Shown: positions 11,091 through 22,620 of the stretch, piece by piece
How positions within the stretch are numbered: position 1 is the first letter of the stretch
Layout: every line of letters starts with the position of its first letter
Sequence record: CP109674.1
DNA from: a plasmid
DNA: 64,000 bases
Direction: 5' to 3' (one strand)
Made by a program: the position numbers and the translations under genes
Notes under the pieces: model-generated
Databases searched by the model: none
What the model was told of the DNA's origin: nothing
What the model saw: the letters and a program-made list of their open reading frames with translations, nothing else

Positions 11091-12494
11091 TCAGCGGGCT
11101 CTTTTACCAAAAATGTCCTCTGAACGTGACTGAAGCTGTTTGAGTGCTTCGAGCATGTCATCATTATCCAGTGAGCGCTGGGATTTCTTCCCTTCCTGCT
11201 TTGGCCGTCGTCGGGAAGGGCCATCTCCAGCGGGAATTGACTGAGAGCGCGTGTTATCCCGCTTGCTCTGCACCAGACTGATAAACTCCAGGGTTCGGCC
11301 AAGACGCTTGTTATCGACAATCGCGCCCTGGTCGATTTCTGACAGTCGGTCGTAGGTAGAGTAGGGAAGTAGCGTACCGTTCAGGCGCAGCTCTTTTCTG
11401 CCATCAGGATAGTGATACACATCGATATATTTACCTATTGCACGGCGACTCAGTTCGCTGTCTTCAATCAGGTACAACATTTTATCATATTGTATCGTCA
11501 ACGATTTTGAGACTTTACGTTTTTCACGAACAGTGAAAATAAGCCCCAGGTCCTCATCATGTTCTACAGCACGGTGTACGTCAAAATCATGTCGCGGTAC
11601 TTTGCCAAAACGGCGGTTATAGTCAGCCATATAGGCCTCAGCGAAGTCATTTGCAGCCTCCATTGAACAAATGCCCTGTAACCGCAGCTCTTTGACCAGA
11701 CGATCCTGTAAAGTGAGGTGAGCTCGTTCTACACGCCCTTTGGCGGGACTGGTTTCTGCACAGATAGTCTGGATGTTCAGTTCATGCATGGCTCGCCCAA
11801 ACTGAGTATGCCCGTCTCCGCCTGTGGCGTGTTTATTGTTAACACGAAAAACACCGGCTTTATCGCTGTACAGTGCCAGCGGTTTACCATGCTTATCGAT
11901 ATAGCGCCGCGTGGCTTCGAAGTAAGAAAACGTGGACTCCGATTTAACAAACAACAGTTCCATCAGTTTGCTGGTTGCATCATCAACATAGACCAGCGCG
12001 GTGCAGGCCGGGCCACGGCCTTCAAACCAGTCGTGATCACAGCCATCTATTTGTATCAGCTCACCAGTACACGGACGCCGGTACCGTGGTTGAGGGATCC
12101 TTGCGGCACGTTGTTTACGGGGAACCCATAAGCCAGCCCGCACCATGATGCGCCGGACAGTTTCTTTGCCAAGAAACAGTCCGTGGAGTTCTTCGAGCTT
12201 TTCACGCGCCAGAGTCGGACCGAAATCAGCATAACGCGTCTTGATCAGTTCCAGAGCCTGATCTGCGAGCCCGGGTGGCAACTGGCGGTTACCACGCATG
12301 CCACATCGTCTGCTGGCCATACCAAGCGGTCCGCCTTCACGGTAACGGGCAAGAAGTCTGCGGCATTGCCTGTCGCTGATACCGAGGTGCTCGGCCGCAC
12401 GGCGCGTTGTGATGCGACGTTCAATGACGTCCTGTATAATCTTGATCCGGTTGATCTCTTTCAAAGTAAACACTCCTGAGCTTTCTGCGCTCAT
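11091..12494 (-). CDS. DDE transposase with an rve/integrase core. I think this is an ISNCY IS1202-group (ISKpn21-like) element. The element probably spans about 11.07-12.7 kb, but its ends are not resolved.
   Basis: 467 aa. N-terminal HTH (LGISDRQCRRLLARYREGG) plus a DDE core (ELIQIDGCDH ... YVDDATS ... ). GGAGG RBS. Paralogous to the 18306..19709 gene. Confidence 0.65.
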   Translation of the reverse strand: MSAESSGVFTLKEINRIKIIQDVIERRITTRRAAEHLGISDRQCRRLLARYREGGPLGMASRRCGMRGNRQLPPGLADQALELIKTRYADFGPTLAREKLEELHGLFLGKETVRRIMVRAGLWVPRKQRAARIPQPRYRRPCTGELIQIDGCDHDWFEGRGPACTALVYVDDATSKLMELLFVKSESTFSYFEATRRYIDKHGKPLALYSDKAGVFRVNNKHATGGDGHTQFGRAMHELNIQTICAETSPAKGRVERAHLTLQDRLVKELRLQGICSMEAANDFAEAYMADYNRRFGKVPRHDFDVHRAVEHDEDLGLIFTVREKRKVSKSLTIQYDKMLYLIEDSELSRRAIGKYIDVYHYPDGRKELRLNGTLLPYSTYDRLSEIDQGAIVDNKRLGRTLEFISLVQSKRDNTRSQSIPAGDGPSRRRPKQEGKKSQRSLDNDDMLEALKQLQSRSEDIFGKRAR

Positions 12495-13004
12495 GATATG
12501 CCTCCCGGTAGTTTAAACGGACCAGTGAAGCTTACCATAGCGCGGACATCTGAATTGAGCCACAGGCGGACATTACTATTGAGCCATTACAACTTATGTC
12601 AAAGCTAAGTAGAGATGTCCGGGGTGGGGCAAAGTTCAAATGTCCTTTGATAATATTGAATTCCTGGATAAAAATCGCATCTTAACCTCTTCGTTTGAGT
12701 ACCTTGTTGGGTTGACCCCGTATTCGCTTTATTTGTAGTATTGGGCTGCTTTGAAGTGTTTCATGTTCAAACGCGACGTGTTCTGTAAGTTCTTCCTGAC
12801 AACAGAGCCGACAATATATACACATCCGCTATGGAGAATCTGACAACCGCTATGCGTATTACGCCACCCTGAGTTTTTCCTTCCTCTGTCGTACTGAGCA
12901 AGCCTCAGCACGCACTCAATAACATCCCGTCTGCGGATGTGCTTTACCGTACGTAAAAATGTAGCCCTCCAGGGCTGACTGTATCTAAAAACTGAGAAAT
13001 TACT

Positions 13005-14483
13005 ATGTTGCTGTCCTCGACGCGTAAGGACTGGCTGGGTAACGTCCGTGGTGACGTTCTGGCCGGTATTGTTGTCGCGCTCGCACTCATTCCAGAAGCG
13101 ATCGCCTTTTCCATTATCGCCGGTGTTGATCCCCAGGTGGGCCTCTACTCGGCGTTCTGTATTCCTCTCGTTATGGCCTTCTTTGGCGGACGTCCGGCGA
13201 TGATTTCGTCCTCCACCGGTGCAATGGCTCTCCTGATGGTGACGCTGGTGAAAGATCATGGCTTACAGTATTTACTGGCTGCCTCCATACTGACCGGGGT
13301 ATTCCAGCTGATAGCCGGATATCTGAAGCTTGGCGGGCTGATGCGTTTTGTTTCACGCTCAGTGGTCACGGGGTTTGTTAATGCACTGGCAATACTGATT
13401 TTTATGGCCCAGTTGCCTGAGCTGACCAATGTGACATGGCATGTTTATGCCATGACTGCGGCAGGGCTGGGGATCATCTATCTCTTCCCTTATATCAACA
13501 AAACCATTCCTTCACCGCTTGTGTGCATCGTGGTGCTGACTGGGATTGCCATGTGGCTGCATCTGGATGTGCGAACCGTCGGGGATATGGGGAAACTTCC
13601 CGACAGTCTGCCGGTCTTCCTGCTCCCGGACGTGCCTTTAAATCTTCAGACGCTGCTCATCATCCTGCCATATTCTGCGGGGCTTGCGGTGGTTGGCCTG
13701 CTTGAGTCGATGATGACCGCCACTATCGTGGATGACATGACCGACACGCCAAGCGACAAAAACAGGGAGTGCAAAGCTCAGGGCATCGCGAACATCTGCA
13801 CATCCTTTATCGGAGGAATGGCAGGCTGCGCGATGATTGGGCAATCTGTTATCAACGTAAAATCCGGTGGACGCGGACGACTTTCAACCCTCACGGCGGG
13901 CGTGGTGCTGCTTTGCCTGATTGTGTTCCTGCGCAACTGGGTCTCCCAAATTCCGATGGCAGCGCTGGTCGCGGTGATGATTATGGTTTCCATCGGGACA
14001 TTCTCCTGGCGCTCCATTGCCAACCTGCGGACACACCCCCTTTCAACCAGCGTGGTCATGCTTGCCACCGTCGCGGTTGTGGTGGCAACACATAATCTGG
14101 CCTTCGGTGTGCTGACCGGTGTACTGATTGCTTCGCTCAATTTTGCCACTAAAGTATCCCGGTTCATGCGTGTAACCTCAGTTCTGGAGGGGTCGAGCCG
14201 GACGTATACCGTCACCGGCCAGGTATTCTTTGCATCAGCAGACCGCTTTACGAGCCACTTTGATTTCCGTGAAGCGATTGAGAATGTGGTGATAGACGTT
14301 TCACATGCCCATTTCTGGGACATCACGTCCGTCAGCGCCCTGGATAAGGTGGTCATTAAGTTCCGCAGAGAGGGCGCCGGGGTTGAAATACGTGGGATGA
14401 ATGAAGCCACCCGCACCATCGTTGACCGGTTTGGTGTTCACGATAAACCTGAAGAAGTCGAAAAACTGATGGGCGGTCATTAA
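13005..14483 (+). CDS. SulP-family inorganic anion transporter with a C-terminal STAS domain.
   Basis: 492 aa with about 10-12 TM helices and SulP motifs ([13 protein letters not shown], GPxxxxS). The C-terminal soluble domain matches a STAS fold pattern. Confidence 0.8.
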   Translation: MLLSSTRKDWLGNVRGDVLAGIVVALALIPEAIAFSIIAGVDPQVGLYSAFCIPLVMAFFGGRPAMISSSTGAMALLMVTLVKDHGLQYLLAASILTGVFQLIAGYLKLGGLMRFVSRSVVTGFVNALAILIFMAQLPELTNVTWHVYAMTAAGLGIIYLFPYINKTIPSPLVCIVVLTGIAMWLHLDVRTVGDMGKLPDSLPVFLLPDVPLNLQTLLIILPYSAGLAVVGLLESMMTATIVDDMTDTPSDKNRECKAQGIANICTSFIGGMAGCAMIGQSVINVKSGGRGRLSTLTAGVVLLCLIVFLRNWVSQIPMAALVAVMIMVSIGTFSWRSIANLRTHPLSTSVVMLATVAVVVATHNLAFGVLTGVLIASLNFATKVSRFMRVTSVLEGSSRTYTVTGQVFFASADRFTSHFDFREAIENVVIDVSHAHFWDITSVSALDKVVIKFRREGAGVEIRGMNEATRTIVDRFGVHDKPEEVEKLMGGH

Positions 14484-14501
14484 CAGACTGGAGGGAAAAC
14501 T

Positions 14502-15329
14502 ATGAATAATACTGTTACAGCCTGTGTGGACGGTTCACTTTCAACGCGGTCAGTGTGTGAATATGCGGCGTGGGCAGCCCGCACTTTGCAATCACAGCTA
14601 GCACTGTTGCACGTTATCGAAAAAGACAGCACCCCGGTAGTGTCAGACCTGACCGGCACTCTCGGCATAGACAGTCAGCAATTGCTGACCGATGAGCTGG
14701 TAGAAATTGAAGGGCAACGTAATCGCCTGCTGATGGCCCAGGGGAAAGCAATACTGGAAAGTTGTGCTGAACTGCTTCAAAAACAGGGAAGCCCGGATGT
14801 GCTTTTGATGCAAAAACACGGTACACCGGATGAAGTTCTGGCAGAGCTGAGCGACCTTCGTCTCATGGTGCTGGGGCGTCGGGGTAGCCAGCATCCGGTA
14901 GGCTCTCATCTGGAAAGCGTTATTCGTCTGCAAAAGAAACCCCTACTGGTTGTTCCGGAGAACTACTCAGTGCCTTCCAGAGTCATGCTGGCTTATGATG
15001 GCAGTGAAGAAAGCAGGAGTAACCTGGAACGTCTGACGATGAGTCCCTTACTCAGGGGGCTGGAGTGCCACCTTGTCATGGTAAACGGTAAGAAGGAAGA
15101 GCTGCTGACCGCACAGCAAATTTTACGTGACGCGGATATAGAAAACAGCACAACACATCTTACCGGGCAATCAGTCGGGGACGCGCTTATTCGTTACGCC
15201 GAGGAAAATGCTGTCGATCTGATAGTGATGGGGGCCTACGGTCATTCCAGGTTGCGGCAGTTCTTTATCGGTAGTCATACCTCCGAAATGCTGCAAAAGA
15301 CGCAACAACCGCTTCTTATCCTCCGTTAG
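14502..15329 (+). CDS. Tandem universal stress protein (two UspA domains).
   Basis: 275 aa. Two repeated Usp-like halves, each ending in a G-x2-G-x9-G(S/T) motif (VMGRRGSQHPVGSHLESV; VMGAYGHSRLRQFFIGSHTSEM). The start lies 18 nt after the SulP stop. Confidence 0.7.
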   Translation: MNNTVTACVDGSLSTRSVCEYAAWAARTLQSQLALLHVIEKDSTPVVSDLTGTLGIDSQQLLTDELVEIEGQRNRLLMAQGKAILESCAELLQKQGSPDVLLMQKHGTPDEVLAELSDLRLMVLGRRGSQHPVGSHLESVIRLQKKPLLVVPENYSVPSRVMLAYDGSEESRSNLERLTMSPLLRGLECHLVMVNGKKEELLTAQQILRDADIENSTTHLTGQSVGDALIRYAEENAVDLIVMGAYGHSRLRQFFIGSHTSEMLQKTQQPLLILR

Positions 15330-15388
15330 CACTGATTATCTTAAATAAAAAAGGGCGAGTTCTCTCGCCCTTCGTCACAAGAACACGT

Positions 15389-15814
15389 TTAGTTCAGCCG
15401 GTTACCTTTTTCATCAACTACCTTCTCACCGTCCTCTTTCGTGAACGCGCTTTTCTGCGCATCGGGAAGAATATCCAGCACGACTTCAGAAGGGCGGCAT
15501 AGCCGGGTACCCAGCGGCGTTACCACGATAGGGCGATTGATCAGAACAGGGTGCTGCAACATAAAATCGATTAACTGCTCGTCAGTAAAGCGGTCTTCCG
15601 CCAGCCCTAACGCTTCAAAAGGTTCGACATTCTTACGCAGCAGCGCTCGTACCGTGATCCCCATATCCGCAATGAGTTTTACCAGCTCAGCTCGTGATGG
15701 TGGGGTTTCAAGATAATGAATAACGGTCGGCTCTGTACCGCTGTTGCGGATCATTTCAAGGGTATTGCGTGACGTGCCGCAGGCCGGGTTGTGATAAATG
15801 GTAATGTTGCTCAT
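15389..15814 (-). CDS. arsC: Arsenate reductase (glutaredoxin-dependent, R773 type).
   Basis: 141 aa. MSNITIYHNPACGTSRNTLEMIR... carries the catalytic Cys12 context of R773-type ArsC. Confidence 0.9.
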   Translation of the reverse strand: MSNITIYHNPACGTSRNTLEMIRNSGTEPTVIHYLETPPSRAELVKLIADMGITVRALLRKNVEPFEALGLAEDRFTDEQLIDFMLQHPVLINRPIVVTPLGTRLCRPSEVVLDILPDAQKSAFTKEDGEKVVDEKGNRLN

Positions 15815-15826
15815 ATCAGTATCTCA

Positions 15827-17116
15827 TTACAAAGTGAAAGACAGACGAAGCGCCAGTGCTGCAAGCGTGACAAACAGCACGGGGATTGTCATGACAATGC
15901 CCACCCGGAAGTAATATCCCCAGGTAATTTTGATATTTTTCTGCGACAGAACGTGCAGCCACAGTAACGTTGCCAGACTGCCGATAGGGGTAATTTTTGG
16001 CCCCAGGTCGCTGCCGATGACGTTGGCGTAAATCATCGCTTCTTTGATAACACCGGTCGCAGTGCTGCCATCAATCGACAGCGCCCCGACCAGCACGGTC
16101 GGCATATTGTTCATCACTGATGACAGGAAGGCCGTCAGGAAGCCCGTACCCAGCGTTGCCGCCCACAATCCCTGCTCTGCCAGCTGATTCAGCAAGGAAG
16201 AGAGATAGTGGGTCAGACCGGCATTTCGTAAGCCGTAGACCACCAGGTACATCCCCAGCGAGAAGATAACGATTTGCCAGGGCGCACCACGCAGCACCTT
16301 ACCGGTGTTAATGGCATGCCCTTTTTTCGCAACAGCAAACAGAAGCAATGCACCAGCGGCTGCGACCAAACTGACCGGTACGCCCAGCGGCTCCAGTCCG
16401 AAGAATCCCACCAGAAGCAACACCAGAACCAGCCAGCCGGTTTTAAAGGTATTCACATCACGTATAGCGTCTTTCGGTTCTTTCAACAGAGAAACGTCGT
16501 AAACGGCGGGAATGTCCTTACGGAAAAACAGATGCAGCATCACCAGCGTAGCCGCAATCGCGGCCAGGTTAACCGGGACCATCACGGCGGCATATTCTGA
16601 GAAACCAAGCTTAAAGAAATCCGCCGAGACGATATTCACCAGGTTTGAGACAATCAGTGGCAGGCTTGCCGTGTCAGCGATAAACCCTGCGGCCATGATA
16701 AACGCTAAGGTTGCCCCCCGGCTGAATCCCAGCGCCAGCAGCATCGCGATAACGATAGGTGTCAGGATCAGTGCCGCACCGTCGTTGGCAAACAGTGCCG
16801 CAACCATCGCACCAAGCAGGACGATCCAGGTGAAGAGCAGCCGCCCCCGGCCATTCCCCCAACGGGCAACGTGCAGCGCGGCCCATTCAAAGAAGCCGGA
16901 TTCGTCGAGCAGAAGACTGATGATGATCACGGCGATAAAGGTGGCGGTCGCATTCCACACTATCTGCCAGACCACCGGAATATCCCCCAGATGAACGACG
17001 CCAGTCAGCAATGCCAGAATTGCGCCCAGTGAGGCACTCCAGCCAATCCCCAGCCCTCTGGGTTGCCAGATAACCAGGACGAGCGTGAATAAAAAGATAG
17101 CACCAGCCAGTAACAT
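15827..17116 (-). CDS. arsB: Arsenite/antimonite efflux permease.
   Basis: [28 protein letters not shown]... is the ArsB signature as recalled. 12 TM helices. Start chosen at MLLAG (the ORF track extends 4 codons further upstream). Confidence 0.9.
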   Translation of the reverse strand: MLLAGAIFLFTLVLVIWQPRGLGIGWSASLGAILALLTGVVHLGDIPVVWQIVWNATATFIAVIIISLLLDESGFFEWAALHVARWGNGRGRLLFTWIVLLGAMVAALFANDGAALILTPIVIAMLLALGFSRGATLAFIMAAGFIADTASLPLIVSNLVNIVSADFFKLGFSEYAAVMVPVNLAAIAATLVMLHLFFRKDIPAVYDVSLLKEPKDAIRDVNTFKTGWLVLVLLLVGFFGLEPLGVPVSLVAAAGALLLFAVAKKGHAINTGKVLRGAPWQIVIFSLGMYLVVYGLRNAGLTHYLSSLLNQLAEQGLWAATLGTGFLTAFLSSVMNNMPTVLVGALSIDGSTATGVIKEAMIYANVIGSDLGPKITPIGSLATLLWLHVLSQKNIKITWGYYFRVGIVMTIPVLFVTLAALALRLSFTL

Positions 17117-17161
17117 CAGAAACTCCATTCACATTTGTTTATTCGGATATATATATCGCCA

Positions 17162-17482
17162 TCAGCAGGAGACAGATGCCACGCTACTGAGCTTGTTGCG
17201 TATGTTTTCTCGTTCACAGTTCCAGGCTGTATCAATAATACCCGCAGCCCATGCTGGCATGTGTGGCGACAGTCGGTAATGCACCCATTTTCCTTCGCGA
17301 CGGTCGATGACCAGCTCGGCTTCACGTAAAAGGGCCATATGGCGAGAAATTTTTGGCTGAGACTCTGCGGTTGCCGCACAGATGTCACAGACGCACATTT
17401 CACCGGACTCCCTGAGAAGCATCACGATAGTTGAACGGGTCTCGTCGGCGAGCAGTTTAAAAAGCTGAACAGGCTGTAGCAT
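17162..17482 (-). CDS. arsR: ArsR metalloregulatory repressor.
   Basis: Metal-binding ELCVCDL-like motif (EMCVCDICAA) and HTH (SQPKISRHMALLRE). Start at MLQPVQLFK, with a GAGGT RBS. Confidence 0.85.
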   Translation of the reverse strand: MLQPVQLFKLLADETRSTIVMLLRESGEMCVCDICAATAESQPKISRHMALLREAELVIDRREGKWVHYRLSPHMPAWAAGIIDTAWNCERENIRNKLSSVASVSC

Positions 17483-17568
17483 GCTTAACCTCGTAAAAAA
17501 ATAACAATACATATGGTATTTCATATGTGATAACTTTTAAAGCATAGCTTATGAAATGGAGATTTTTT

Positions 17569-18273
17569 ATGACCGACTTACCAGCAATCGAACCGGCTTA
17601 TTTTGATGATGCGCTTGCCAGCAAACTTACGGGCAACAACGAAACCATGCCGCGAATTCTCATCCTGTACGGTTCAGTACGAGAGCGGTCCTACAGTCGT
17701 TTTGCAGCGGAAGAGGCCGGGCGGTTGCTGGCAAAGATGGGGGCTGAGGTGAAAATATTTAACCCATCCGGTCTGCCGTTACCCGATGATGCGCCCGAAA
17801 GTCACCCCAAAGTGCTTGAACTCCGCGAGCTGGTCAGGTGGTGTGACGGAATGGTCTGGAGTTCTCCGGAAAGACATGGCGCCATGAGCTCGGTGATGAA
17901 GGCCCAGATTGACTGGATACCCCTGAGTGAAGGTGCTGTTCGTCCTTCCCAGGGTAAAACGCTGGCCGTCATGCAGGTTTGTGGTGGTTCACAGTCGTTT
18001 AACACGGTCAATCAGATGCGGATACTTGGCCGCTGGATGCGGATGTTCACCATCCCCAATCAGTCGTCAGTGCCAAAGGCATGGCAGGAATTTGATGATG
18101 AAGGGCGCATGAAACCCTCACCCTGGTATGACAGGATTGTCGACGTTACCGAAGAGTTGTTCAAAATGACGTTACTCCTGAAAGGGCACACAGCCTACCT
18201 GTCCGACCGCTACAGCGAAAGGAAAGAGAGTCATCAGGAGCTCGCGGCACGGGTCAATCAGGCCAAAATCTGA
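17569..18273 (+). CDS. arsH: ArsH NADPH-dependent FMN reductase, divergent from arsRBC.
   Basis: 234 aa. Flavodoxin-like motif [16 protein letters not shown] is typical of ArsH. Start at MTDLPAIEP. Confidence 0.85.
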   Translation: MTDLPAIEPAYFDDALASKLTGNNETMPRILILYGSVRERSYSRFAAEEAGRLLAKMGAEVKIFNPSGLPLPDDAPESHPKVLELRELVRWCDGMVWSSPERHGAMSSVMKAQIDWIPLSEGAVRPSQGKTLAVMQVCGGSQSFNTVNQMRILGRWMRMFTIPNQSSVPKAWQEFDDEGRMKPSPWYDRIVDVTEELFKMTLLLKGHTAYLSDRYSERKESHQELAARVNQAKI

Positions 18274-18305
18274 CAGCCAGGCATGCCCGGATGGATTACC
18301 GGGCT

Positions 18306-19709
18306 TTAAATCGGTTTCTTCCCAAATATCTCTTCAGAGCGTGACTGAAGTTTCACCAGGGCATTGAACATATCGTCCTGATCCAGGGAACGCTGGGATT
18401 TCTTCGTCGTGGGAGCTTTACGCCTGCGAGAAGGGCCGTCTCCGGATGGTACGGATTGCGACCGGTTATTATCCCGCTCGGCCTGGACCAGCTGCGCCAT
18501 TTCCAGGGCCCGCCCCAGACGTTTGTTATCCACAATGGCCCCCTGATCGATTTCAGAAAGCTTGTCATAGGTGGAGTAGGGAAGTGATACGCCATTAAGC
18601 CGGAGCTCTTTATGTCCATCCGGGTAATGCCAGACATCGATGTATTTACCAATCGCCCGACGACTGAATTCGCTGTCTTCAATCAGATAAAGGACTTTGT
18701 CGTATTGCACTGTGAGTGATTTCGACACTTTACGAGCTTCACGCCAGTTAAATACCATATCAAGATCGTCATCGACATCCAGTTCCCGATGAACATCAAA
18801 CTCCTGGCGAGGCGCTTTTGCGAAACGACGGTTGTAATCGTTCATGAACTCTTCGGCAAATGCGTTCGCAGCTTCCATGGAACTGATGCCCTGGAGCCTG
18901 AGCTCCTTGACCAGTCGGTCCTGAAGCGTCAGGTGCGCCCGTTCAACGCGGCCTTTGGCAGCACTGGTTTCTGCACAAATGGTCTGAATGTTCAGTTCAT
19001 GCATCGCACGGCCAAACTGGGTATCGCCGTCGCCGCCGGTTGCATTTTTATTGTTGATCCTGAATACGCTGGCTTTGTCGCTGTACAGCGCAAGCGGTTT
19101 GCCATGTTTTTCAATATAGCCCCGGGTCGCTTCAAAATAGGTGAAAGTAGACTCAGATTTCACGAAAAGAAGCTGCATTAAACGACTGGTTGCGTCATCA
19201 ACGTAAACCAGTGCCGTACACTTAGGTCCCCGATTTTCAAACCAGTGGTGGTCGCAGCCGTCGATTTGTATGAGTTCACCGGCACAGGCACGGCGGTAAC
19301 GAGGTTGCTGAATTTTTGGCGCACGTTGCTTACGTGGGACCCACAGACTGGCCTGAGTCATCAGCTTACGGACGGTTTCTTTGGAAAGATGAACACCGTG
19401 CACCTCAGACAGTTTTTCACAGGCCAGCGTCGGACCGAAATCGTTATAGCGTTCGCGAATAATGTTCAGCGCGTATGCGGCCAGTCCCTGAGGCAACTGG
19501 TTGTTACTGGATTTACCACGACGGCGGCTGGTCATGCCAATCGGACCATCTTCACGATAACGCGCAAGCAGACGACGGCACTGACGGTCGGAGATACCAA
19601 GCCGCTGAGCTGCCATTTGTGTTGTCAGACGCCGGTCGATGACATCCTGAATGATTTTGAGTCGGTTAACTTCATCCAATGTGAAAAACTCCGCTGCGAG
19701 AGCCGTCAT
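18306..19709 (-). CDS. DDE transposase (ISNCY IS1202-group type), a paralog about 70% identical to the 11091..12494 gene.
   Basis: 467 aa from MTALAAEFFTLDEVNRLKIIQDVIDRR... with an AAGGA RBS. The ORF track's longer start at 19742 has no RBS. The gene begins 32 bp after the arsH stop. Confidence 0.65.
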   Translation of the reverse strand: MTALAAEFFTLDEVNRLKIIQDVIDRRLTTQMAAQRLGISDRQCRRLLARYREDGPIGMTSRRRGKSSNNQLPQGLAAYALNIIRERYNDFGPTLACEKLSEVHGVHLSKETVRKLMTQASLWVPRKQRAPKIQQPRYRRACAGELIQIDGCDHHWFENRGPKCTALVYVDDATSRLMQLLFVKSESTFTYFEATRGYIEKHGKPLALYSDKASVFRINNKNATGGDGDTQFGRAMHELNIQTICAETSAAKGRVERAHLTLQDRLVKELRLQGISSMEAANAFAEEFMNDYNRRFAKAPRQEFDVHRELDVDDDLDMVFNWREARKVSKSLTVQYDKVLYLIEDSEFSRRAIGKYIDVWHYPDGHKELRLNGVSLPYSTYDKLSEIDQGAIVDNKRLGRALEMAQLVQAERDNNRSQSVPSGDGPSRRRKAPTTKKSQRSLDQDDMFNALVKLQSRSEEIFGKKPI

Positions 19710-19882
19710 GGTAATCCTTACTTGATTATACACGCCGGACATCTTAACTTAGCCATTATCGGACATTACAACTTTTCTACTACAACTTAAGTGCGCATAA
19801 TCAGGATTATGTTAAATTCAATAGTAAAATCATTATAAATCAATATCTTAAATATCGAACAAGCCCCTTTCTTCCTCAAACC

Positions 19883-20622
<740 letters not shown>

Positions 20623-21109
20623 GAGTGCGCTCCTTGTATAGCGATTGCTTTACAAGCATATCATATGGATTCTGTATAGCAAAAGCTATACGGTTTTTTA
20701 AGTGCAGTGAACATACGAAAGAGTCAACTTGCAACTATTAGGTAAAGCTCTTCCTCTAAATTATTTTCCTTGCTCTGGCCTACCAAATCAAACCCAACGC
20801 CCTGAATTTACTGCGTGCGATGCTTGCTAGCAGTCTCATCCGGACAATTAGCATGAAAACTATGGATTGTTATCTGGTCTAACATCTGGAAAAGTTACTG
20901 ATGAGAAGGTAGTATTCGGATCGTCAGCGATCGTCTTGTGGTGGGACAGATTGTTGATTCAGATTACTTTTGTGTCCTAACTCAAACTGACGGTTTGACT
21001 GCTTTGTGGTGAGGCAGGCGGGTGGCAAAAGATGGTTTTACGGAAGAAATGCGGACTTCCGGAAACAGACAGGGACAGGACGTGTCCAGTAAAACGTTCA
21101 GGAGCAGGT

Positions 21110-21205
21110 AACGGGATTTCCCGGAGCCTGAATGCACAAACCCCCCGACATCTGTCATCATCTTGGCGGAAGACACAGATATCAGGGGGTCCAAAAGCAG
21201 GCGCG
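21110..21205 (-). ncRNA. Putative CopA-like antisense RNA region (IncFII copy-number control). Tentative.
   Basis: Long imperfect stem-loop CCCCCGACATCTGT...ACAGATATCAGGGGG at about 21143-21193, with a loop containing CUUGGCGG, about 80-130 bp upstream of repA. The promoter and terminator are not resolved. Confidence 0.25.
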
Positions 21206-21274
21206 TGGCCTGTGAAGGATTATAACGCATGCACCACATAACACAACACCCGGCCGCCATAAGAACAGGCCGCC

Positions 21275-22288
21275 GTGAATGACAATCAGATTTCTGTTCA
21301 CTGGTCAGATCTACCGAAAGATGAGCTAACCCGTTTCTGCCAGGATGTCGATGCCGGCACTCAGGGTAATTTCCTCATTGCACCGGTCAAAAAACTGACC
21401 CGCCGCAAACGCGGTGAGCATTCCACAAAAGCCAAATGTGAGAACCCGGCCTGGTATCGCCCGGAGCATTATAAAAAGCTCTCCGGACAGCTCGGTCATG
21501 CCTACAATCGCCTGGTGAAAAAAGACAAAGAAACCGGGCAGGTCAGCCTGCGCATGCATGTTTCTCGTCACCCTCTCTATGTCGCCGGCCGCCGTAAGGC
21601 GGGACGTAAATATGGCTTCCGTCCGGAACGTCAGCGCCTGCTCGATGCGCTCTGGCCAGTGCTCATCAGCTTCTGTGATGCCGGCAAGCATACCGTCGGC
21701 ATGTGTATCTCCCGTCTTGCAAAAGAACTCAGTGCAAAGGACGCAAAAAGCAATGTCATTCCTGAAACGGAGGTGACGGTGTCACGCCTTTCACGGCTTA
21801 TTGAGGAACAGGTACGGTTTGGCGTTCTGGGCCTCGCAGAAGAACGCGCCTGGGATCGTGAATCCCGCACCTGGTTGCCAACGTATGTCTATATAACCCC
21901 CGTGGGATTCCAGATGCTGGGCGTCGATATGGACAAGCTGTTTAAAGAGCAGGAGAAGAAGCTCCGTCAGAGCGCCGAGCGTGAGCAGCTGATCCGGGAA
22001 GGAGTGATGAGCGAACATGATGATGTTCAGGCCCACTCTGCGCGGAAATGCTGGTCTGGCCGTAAGCGTCGGGAGGCACTCGTTTACCGCCGCAAAAAAG
22101 GCGCGGAGCGTAAACGTGCCAACAATCTGATTAAGCTGCCGGCAGATGAACGACTCCATGCAATGTCTGAATGGATTTACCGCACCCTCCCGCCTGACGA
22201 AGCGTACTGGTGCACATCTGAGCGCCTGAAGGCTCTGGCCATCCAGCATCTTTACCAGCTGGATCTGGCGCTTTCTCCCCCGGACTAG
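21275..22288 (+). CDS. repA: IncFII-family RepA replication initiator, a divergent homolog of R100/R1 RepA1.
   Basis: 337 aa. The central region (RQRLLDALWPVLISFCDAGKHTVGMCISRLAKELS ... TYVYITPVGFQMLGVDMD) is colinear with R100 RepA1 (RRAIDALLQGLCFHYD...CSITTLAIECGL ... YIPTDITFTSALFAALDVSED), recalled from memory. Confidence 0.7.
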   Translation: MNDNQISVHWSDLPKDELTRFCQDVDAGTQGNFLIAPVKKLTRRKRGEHSTKAKCENPAWYRPEHYKKLSGQLGHAYNRLVKKDKETGQVSLRMHVSRHPLYVAGRRKAGRKYGFRPERQRLLDALWPVLISFCDAGKHTVGMCISRLAKELSAKDAKSNVIPETEVTVSRLSRLIEEQVRFGVLGLAEERAWDRESRTWLPTYVYITPVGFQMLGVDMDKLFKEQEKKLRQSAEREQLIREGVMSEHDDVQAHSARKCWSGRKRREALVYRRKKGAERKRANNLIKLPADERLHAMSEWIYRTLPPDEAYWCTSERLKALAIQHLYQLDLALSPPD

Positions 22289-22299
22289 TCACAGACGAC

Positions 22300-22620
22300 A
22301 CAACAGTCTTCTTGTTTACGGGCCCCTCACTGGGGCTTTTCGTGCTGGTTTTTTTCGGCCACTCTGCTCATTTTTCAACCTTCACTCCGTTCTCCTTCCG
22401 GTCACCATGACGTTCTGCTTGTCGTTATGGCCCCCAGTGGCCACTGTCTCTTTTTTTTACACAGAAATCCGCAAACGAATAAGTGAAGTAACCCGGAAAC
22501 GAATAAAAGACATTCCGCAAAACAGTCTTACTTCACCGTTTTTATCTCTCTGTTCATTTCATTCCAGAGTAGATCTTTGTCTGCAGTCACTCTGTGGATA
22601 ACGAAAAATGCCTTCGCATG
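22300..22620 (+). other. Putative oriR of the IncFII-like replicon, with a DnaA box TGTGGATAA at 22584-22592.
   Basis: Consensus DnaA box about 300 bp downstream of repA, as in R1/R100 oriR. An AT-rich stretch lies at 22440-22570. Confidence 0.4.

Noticed and set aside
12729-13259. A 176-aa minus-strand ORF upstream of and overlapping SulP.
   Set aside because: It overlaps the well-supported SulP start and has a His/Arg/Asn-rich low-complexity translation. It is probably non-coding promoter or leader DNA.
13778-14419. ORFs antisense to or within sulP (13778..14419, 13436..13705, 13769..14095).
   Set aside because: They are nested inside the membrane-transporter gene on either strand, with Arg/Ala/Gly-rich translations and no RBS.
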